The notes under the pieces were generated by a model that ran no database searches, was not told the origin of the DNA, and was given only the letters and a program-made list of their open reading frames with translations. The translations under genes and the position numbers were made by a program. Positions 58,889 through 64,000 of a DNA stretch of 64,000 nucleotides are shown here, piece after piece (the first letter of the stretch is position 1; the number at the start of each line of letters is the position of its first letter). Source of the stretch: Bryobacterales bacterium (GTDB lineage Bacteria; Acidobacteriota; Terriglobia; Bryobacterales; UBA6623); NCBI GenBank assembly GCA_965226245.1, contig CBDDCL010000015.1:2038515-2102514 (forward strand), given 5' to 3'.

Positions 58889-59242
58889 CTACATCTCCCG
58901 AACCATCGCTTTGACCCCATCCACCGCCAGCACGGCAGCGTGTTTGGACTCGTTGGACAGGCCCCCTACGGCATTTTCCACATCATCTCGAGTCACCGCC
59001 GCTGCCTCGTCGGCGCTTTTGCCCGCCAGTAATTCAGTCAGCGCCGAACCAACGGCGATCGAAGCCGTGCAACCGCGAGTGAGGTAGCGGATTTCCACGA
59101 TCCGGCCGGATGAGAGATTGGCGCTGAGGCGCAGGACATCGCCGCAAATGGGATTCGACACCTCCACTCGAACATCCGCGTCGGGGATTTCTCCGACGTT
59201 GCGGGGGTTCTCGAAATGCTCCAGCAGACGCGTGCTGTACAT
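58889..59242 (-). CDS. NifU/IscU-type Fe-S cluster scaffold protein
   Basis: NPICGD, TRGCTASIA and SKHAAVLA motifs. Start at ATG 59242. Confidence 0.8.
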   Translation of the reverse strand: MYSTRLLEHFENPRNVGEIPDADVRVEVSNPICGDVLRLSANLSSGRIVEIRYLTRGCTASIAVGSALTELLAGKSADEAAAVTRDDVENAVGGLSNESKHAAVLAVDGVKAMVREM

Positions 59243-59375
59243 GGGATTTATTGTTACGGCGACCGGGGTTGGCAGTCTCGCCCAAGTCCGTGCAACGCGC
59301 TTTGATCGGGGCGGGGCGGCCCAAGCCAGTGCAGCAGCAGCCGTTGCTGTTCGTTCACCGTGCGCTACGATGCCG

Positions 59376-60272
59376 TCACTTGGGCCGAGCGTCGACGCCG
59401 AAATCGCTCTCAACGCGCGCGTACCAGCTTTCGTCGTCGAGAGCGCCCCAATCGACCCATTCCTCGTCTGTCATTCCAGACCGCCACTCCAAGAAAGGTT
59501 CGGCGTCCGGCCCGACGGGATGGCGTAGTTGCCAGGCATCACCGTCGATGATCTCGAGAATGCTGTCCGCCACGATCGAGGGCGGCCGGGGTTCCGCGAG
59601 CGAAGCTGTGAACATTCCGGAGAAGCGCTCCTCGTGGGGGTAGCGGGATGCCTTGGGCTTGTCCCCGATCCGGCGCGCCATCGGCGTATCGATGATGCCG
59701 GGTTCGACGATAGCCACGCGTATGTTGAAGCGTTTGACTTCTTGAGCCAGCACTTCGCTGGCTGCTTCGAGAGCGTGCTTCGAAGCCGTATACGGAGCGA
59801 AGGGTGCGCAAGCAAGTCTTCCCGCGACAGACGTCACGTTGATAATCACGCCCTTCTGACGCTCACGCATCTCGGAGAGCACGGCCTTGATACAGCGGAG
59901 CGCCCCGAAGTAGTTCGTCTCCATCACCGCTCGGAACTCGTCGAGCGGCAGGTCTTCGACGGAACCCGTGCGCTCGATACCTGCGTTGTTCACCAAGGCG
60001 TCGATCGGTCCAGCTTCCTCACGGATACTATCGATACAATTTGCAACCGATTCGTCGGAGTCGACGTCTAGATTCGAGACCGAGATGGGCAGCTTTTCGG
60101 CTGCTGCTGCTTCCCTGAGGGGCGCGGCCTTGGCTGGGTTCCGCAGTGTGGCGAATACTCGATGGCCAGCTCGCCCGCAGGCCAAAGCCGTCGCCATGCC
60201 TATCCCTGAACTCGTTCCTGTAATCAATACGTTTCCCACTGGTGCCTCCCTCGGGCGCCTGCCGGTGTGCAT
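59376..60272 (-). CDS. SDR family oxidoreductase
   Basis: ITGTSSGIG cofactor motif, NNAG, and the YTASKHAL catalytic motif. Confidence 0.85.
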   Translation of the reverse strand: MHTGRRPREAPVGNVLITGTSSGIGMATALACGRAGHRVFATLRNPAKAAPLREAAAAEKLPISVSNLDVDSDESVANCIDSIREEAGPIDALVNNAGIERTGSVEDLPLDEFRAVMETNYFGALRCIKAVLSEMRERQKGVIINVTSVAGRLACAPFAPYTASKHALEAASEVLAQEVKRFNIRVAIVEPGIIDTPMARRIGDKPKASRYPHEERFSGMFTASLAEPRPPSIVADSILEIIDGDAWQLRHPVGPDAEPFLEWRSGMTDEEWVDWGALDDESWYARVESDFGVDARPK

Positions 60273-60644
60273 AGCCTCTCGCGATTCTGCAGGCACGGCA
60301 GGCCCTTGATTATAGGGAACTCCACTTGAGCTGTGAGCCCGAATCCAGGTCATGTTGCGTCCACTACAGTTTTGGGGACCCAGGCAGTCTCTTCTCTGGA
60401 CCGCTTGCTGGCGCGCGCGGCTCGGCCTTAGGCAGCCGGTGTTTCATTATGGAGCGATAGAGGCAACATTCCGCCGATTGCTCTCTCTCTCGGGTGACTT
60501 GAGAATCGGGGGCCGTGGGGGACCGGCTGTGCTCCCGAGCCCCGAAATCACATCTGGTATGATCGAGCGATCAAGCGAACTTCCTCCCCAACCGGCGAGG
60601 CGGCTGGCCCGCATTAGCAACAAACCGCAATTCCCCAGCACTCC

Positions 60645-61496
60645 ATGGCCTGGTTTGAAAAGTCGAAAGACGACGATGCCCAGCCCGAGCAGCGGCGCGT
60701 CCGCACCGAGGGCCTATGGGTCAAGTGCGACTCCTGCCGCGCAATCATCTGGAAAAAGGATCTGGAAACCAACCAGATGGTCTGTCCCAAGTGCGGGTTC
60801 CATTTCAAAATCGACGCGCTGACCCGCCTGAAGTTTCTGCTGGACGATGAGAACTGGGACACGTTTGACACCAACCTGCGCACAACCGACGTCCTGGGGT
60901 TTGTCGACCATAAGACTTATCAGGAGCGGCTCGAGAAAGCAGAGGCGGCGACGGGCCTGAAGGACGCTATCATCTCTGCTGTTGGCACGCTGGAAGGGCG
61001 TGCGGTCGCCGTTTGTGTCATGGAGTACCGCTTTATTGGCGGCAGCATGGGAGCTGTTGTTGGAGAAAAGATCACCCGCGCGATCGAGCGAGCACAGGAG
61101 CGAAAGCTGCCGCTGATTATCGTATCCGCTTCCGGCGGCGCGCGCATGATGGAGGGCGCGGTCAGCCTGATGCAGATGGCCAAAATCTCAAGCGCCCTGG
61201 TCAAGCTGGTGCAGGCGCGCATCCCCTATCTCAGCATTCTCACCGATCCCACGACCGGCGGCGTGACGGCCAGCTACGCCATGCTGGGAGACCTCAACCT
61301 GGCCGAACCAGGAGCGCTGATCGGGTTCGCCGGCCCCCGCGTGATCGAACAAACGATTCGCCAGAAGCTGCCCAAGGGCTTCCAGCGGGCGGAGTTTCTG
61401 GTCGAGCACGGCATGATCGACGCCCTGGTTCCCCGCCCAGAAATGAAAGATTTTCTCGCTCGTGCGTTGGACTTTTTTTGCGGCCCGGCGCAATGA
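60645..61496 (+). CDS. accD: acetyl-CoA carboxylase carboxyltransferase subunit beta
   Basis: N-terminal CxxC...CPKC zinc ribbon and a carboxyltransferase core. Confidence 0.95.
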   Translation: MAWFEKSKDDDAQPEQRRVRTEGLWVKCDSCRAIIWKKDLETNQMVCPKCGFHFKIDALTRLKFLLDDENWDTFDTNLRTTDVLGFVDHKTYQERLEKAEAATGLKDAIISAVGTLEGRAVAVCVMEYRFIGGSMGAVVGEKITRAIERAQERKLPLIIVSASGGARMMEGAVSLMQMAKISSALVKLVQARIPYLSILTDPTTGGVTASYAMLGDLNLAEPGALIGFAGPRVIEQTIRQKLPKGFQRAEFLVEHGMIDALVPRPEMKDFLARALDFFCGPAQ

Positions 61497-62803
61497 CCTA
61501 CCTCGAGGCGGTCCGTTACCTGCTCTCTTTGCTGGGCGACATTCGCGGCTCGAATTTCGGGCTACAGCGGATGGAACGCCTGATGGCACGGCTGGGCCAG
61601 CCGCAGCGATCTTTCCAGACGGTCCACATAGCGGGAACCAACGGCAAGGGCTCGACAGCGGCCTTTATCGAATCGGGCCTGCGGGCCTGCGGCAAAACAA
61701 CGGGACTCTACACCTCCCCCCACCTGGCAAGGTTCAACGAGCGGCTGCGGCTCAATGGCGCGGAAGTCAGCGACCGCGGTTTCACGGCAGCGGTCGGGGA
61801 AGTGCGGGCGGCAAATGAATGGCTGGTGTCGCGCGAGGGGCCGCAAGCGCACCCCACATTCTTCGAGTCAGTGACCGCCGCGGCCTTTTGCGGTTTCCGC
61901 AATGCCCGGGTCGATTGGGGCATTGTCGAGGTTGGCCTGGGAGGGCGTCTGGACGCGACCAATGTCGTTGACCCGGTGCTCGAGGTGATGACTCCGGTCG
62001 ACCTGGACCACGAGCGTTTTCTGGGTAAGGGCAAGGCTGCCATCGCCGCCGAGAAGGCGGGCATCCTCAAGCCGGGCAGCCGAGCGGTAGTGGCTCCACA
62101 GCGCCCCGAGGCTTGGGTCGTGATCGAGCAGCGCGCCAAGCAGCTTGGAGTGGAGCTGATTCGCATCGGTCGAGACTGGCAGGCGCGGAGCCTGTCCGAG
62201 CAGCAGGGCTGCTACCGCTTTGAAGCCTGCAAGCCGCCCGACGAGAATTCCCTGGGGAAAACAATCGACATTGCCGTTCCTCTTGCCGGAGAGCATCAAG
62301 TGTGGAATGCGCTAACGGCCGCGGCCTCTCTGGACGCGCTGGAAGCGCCGCCGGCGGCCATCTCCCGCGGGATCGGGAGTACGGAATGGCCCGGGCGATT
62401 GGAGCGGCTGCCGGGCCGGCCGGAGGTTCTTCTCGACGCCGCTCACAACCCAGCCGGGGCTCGCGCCCTGGCGAACTTTTTGACGAAGCACGAAAACGGA
62501 CGCCGCATTCATTTGATCTACGGGGCCGTCCGGGACAAGGCGGTCGACGAGGTTGCGGGCATCTTGTTCCCGTGTGCGGATCGGGTCATTCTGACGCGCG
62601 CCGCGGTAGCAAGATCGGCCAGCCCCCAAACACTACTGACGATCGCCGACCATCATCACGAGCACATTTCGTTGTCGCGGAGTGCCGGCGAAGCCATGGA
62701 ACAGGCGCGCGCCGGAGCATCGGCGGAGGACCTGATTGTCGTCACCGGGTCGATTTTCCTGGTCGGTGAGGCGCGAGAGTTGCTGCGTGCCGTCTCCGTC
62801 TAA
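61493..62803 (+). CDS. folC: bifunctional folylpolyglutamate synthase/dihydrofolate synthase
   Basis: HIAGTNGKGST P-loop. ATGA overlap with accD. The upstream part of ORF 61013..62803 overlaps accD and is not coding. Confidence 0.9.
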   Translation: MTYLEAVRYLLSLLGDIRGSNFGLQRMERLMARLGQPQRSFQTVHIAGTNGKGSTAAFIESGLRACGKTTGLYTSPHLARFNERLRLNGAEVSDRGFTAAVGEVRAANEWLVSREGPQAHPTFFESVTAAAFCGFRNARVDWGIVEVGLGGRLDATNVVDPVLEVMTPVDLDHERFLGKGKAAIAAEKAGILKPGSRAVVAPQRPEAWVVIEQRAKQLGVELIRIGRDWQARSLSEQQGCYRFEACKPPDENSLGKTIDIAVPLAGEHQVWNALTAAASLDALEAPPAAISRGIGSTEWPGRLERLPGRPEVLLDAAHNPAGARALANFLTKHENGRRIHLIYGAVRDKAVDEVAGILFPCADRVILTRAAVARSASPQTLLTIADHHHEHISLSRSAGEAMEQARAGASAEDLIVVTGSIFLVGEARELLRAVSV

Positions 62804-62838
62804 CCCTAGCCAAAGATATTTGAAATTTCATTCTTGGG

Positions 62839-62951
62839 GAACAGAGCCGCGCCCGCAAGGGTGCGGTCGAGGGTAGTCAGTGCGCCGGGGCCGCCACCGG
62901 AATGCGGTCACTGCCAGACTCGACCGCACCCTTGCGGGCGCGGCTCTGTTC
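62839..62951. repeat. 113-nt palindromic element with perfect 33-bp arms
   Basis: GAACAGAGCCGCGCCCGCAAGGGTGCGGTCGAG (62839-62871) is the exact reverse complement of 62919-62951. Confidence 0.9.
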
Positions 62952-63394
62952 GTGCCGCTATTTCTGCGAACAAGATCCTCAGAGTCGGCGGGCTAGATTC
63001 TAGCCAAAGACATTTGAAATTTCATTCGTGGGGAGTCTGGGTGGCGCCGATACGGACCCGGACCTGGAGCTTTCAGCATTTCAGGGGCGTGCGGCCTGTC
63101 GGCATGAGCCACGTTCACGTGGCTTGGTCTCTTTTAGGCCGGTCCTTTTAGGGCCGGTTCACAAGCCTCTTCTGACCTCGTTCCTCAGCCCGTTTCAACG
63201 GGCTTTCGTCCCACCCTGGCCTTCAACCGCGTTGAACCGCATTCTTGCGTGGTCTGTTGCAATTCTTGGCGAGCTCGGCGCCACGGTGAGCCATTTCTCT
63301 CCACGTGTGGGGAGCGCTTTTGCACGCCCTTCTTTCTGTGAACGAAATCCTCAGAATCGCTGGGGTAGTATCTAATTTCTGCTTTGAAAATCCC

Positions 63395-63444
63395 CATGTC
63401 GCCAGGAATGGCGACACGGCAAGCAAGAATGCGTGCGCCACGTG
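63395..63444 (-). repeat. twin-hairpin repeat (inverted copy) ~50 nt upstream of the OsmC-family gene
   Basis: The reverse complement reads CACGTGGCGCACGCATTCTTGCTTGCCGTGTCGCCATTCCTGGCGACATG. Confidence 0.7.
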
Positions 63445-63495
63445 ATACACTCGCGAACAGAGTAAAATCAATCTTCAATCAAGGGAGACGAAGGA

Positions 63496-63960
63496 ATGAG
63501 CGAGCTGATTCACACCTCGAAAATCAAGATCCTCCAGGACAAGCCACCCGAGCGGCGCGCGCTAATAGAGAACTTTGCCGAGCCGGTCTACTTCGGTGTG
63601 CACGGCGGCATCAAGCACTTCTACAAAATGGAACCCGCACGCGATCTGCCCGCTACGCTCGACTACATGATCGCGGCGGTTGCGGGTTGAATGACCGGCA
63701 CTCTTGCCGGCGCACTGGCAGTGCGTCAAATCCCGAACCACCCCGACAAGGTATGGAGCGAAGTGGAAGGTGATATTGAGAACGTGGACGGTGTAATCCG
63801 AATCACCCGCATCCGCATCAAATATCATCTAAGGATCCCAAAAGGAAAACGCGAGGCGGCTGACCGTGCCATCGCGACTCACGAGCAAAAATGCCCGGCG
63901 GCGATGAGCGTCAAAGGTTCTATTCACCTTGAATACAGTGCCGAAATCGAAGAGGCATAG
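63496..63960 (+). CDS. OsmC/Ohr-family peroxiredoxin-like protein with in-frame TGA at the catalytic Cys position (candidate selenoprotein, otherwise a nonsense pseudogene)
   Basis: ORFs 63496..63690 and 63691..63960 share one frame and are separated only by TGA 63688-63690. The joined product ..DYMIAAVAG-U-MTGTLAGAL.....THEQKCPAA.. is a complete OsmC fold. Confidence 0.6.
63695..63726 (+). promoter_or_regulatory. candidate bacterial SECIS region (two adjacent hairpins 5-36 nt after the UGA)
   Basis: CCGGCA-CUCU-UGCCGG (63695-63710) and GCGCAC-UGGCA-GUGCGU (63710-63726). The second apical loop contains GG about 29 nt after the UGA. Confidence 0.35.
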
Positions 63961-64000
63961 TAAACCGCGGGCGTACGCCGTCCAGCCGCGCCGCGACTGG

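Noticed and set aside
61013-61492. N-terminal 160-codon extension of the folC ORF
   Set aside because: It overlaps accD in another frame and has an Arg/Gly/Pro-rich composition. folC family similarity begins at the ATG at 61493, which forms an ATGA overlap with the accD stop.
58604-63444. CRISPR array among the many short repeats
   Set aside because: The repeats are irregularly spaced, differ in length and orientation, and are themselves palindromic elements. There is no repeat-spacer periodicity and no cas genes.

Overview
This is a high-GC (about 60%) bacterial chromosomal window. It most likely comes from an Acidobacteria-type genome. That is inferred from a Solibacter-type TIGR03437-like domain, a kinase remnant starting MIGQTISHY, and dense REP-like repeats. 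No database search was possible, so all product calls rest on motif recognition. Housekeeping content: mreB-mreC-mreD-mrdA-rodA, grpE-dnaJ, thrS, an Rne/Rng ribonuclease, RNase P RNA (rnpB), accD-folC, galE, nth, two M16 peptidases, and a YmdB-type phosphoesterase. No tRNA, rRNA, CRISPR or cas genes were recognised. The mobilome is very active. (1) A previously unrecognised ~530-bp element without an ORF has 13-bp terminal inverted repeats and perfect 5-bp target-site duplications. It occurs twice, in opposite orientations, and each copy splits an acyltransferase gene in one lipid-remodelling cluster. (2) An IS1595-family IS is present as two identical full copies, inside a YiiX-like gene and an FMN-reductase gene. 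A third, truncated copy splits a C5 DNA methyltransferase exactly after motif VIII. This copy is flanked by an unusual ~100-bp host duplication and sits next to an intact candidate restriction enzyme and vsr. (3) At least three dispersed small-repeat families are present. The other notable item is an OsmC-family gene with an in-frame TGA at the catalytic Cys position followed by hairpins, making it a candidate selenoprotein. There is also a frameshifted GAF-PP2C phosphatase, and several gene remnants (an AMP-binding enzyme, a Ser/Thr kinase, a metallophosphoesterase).
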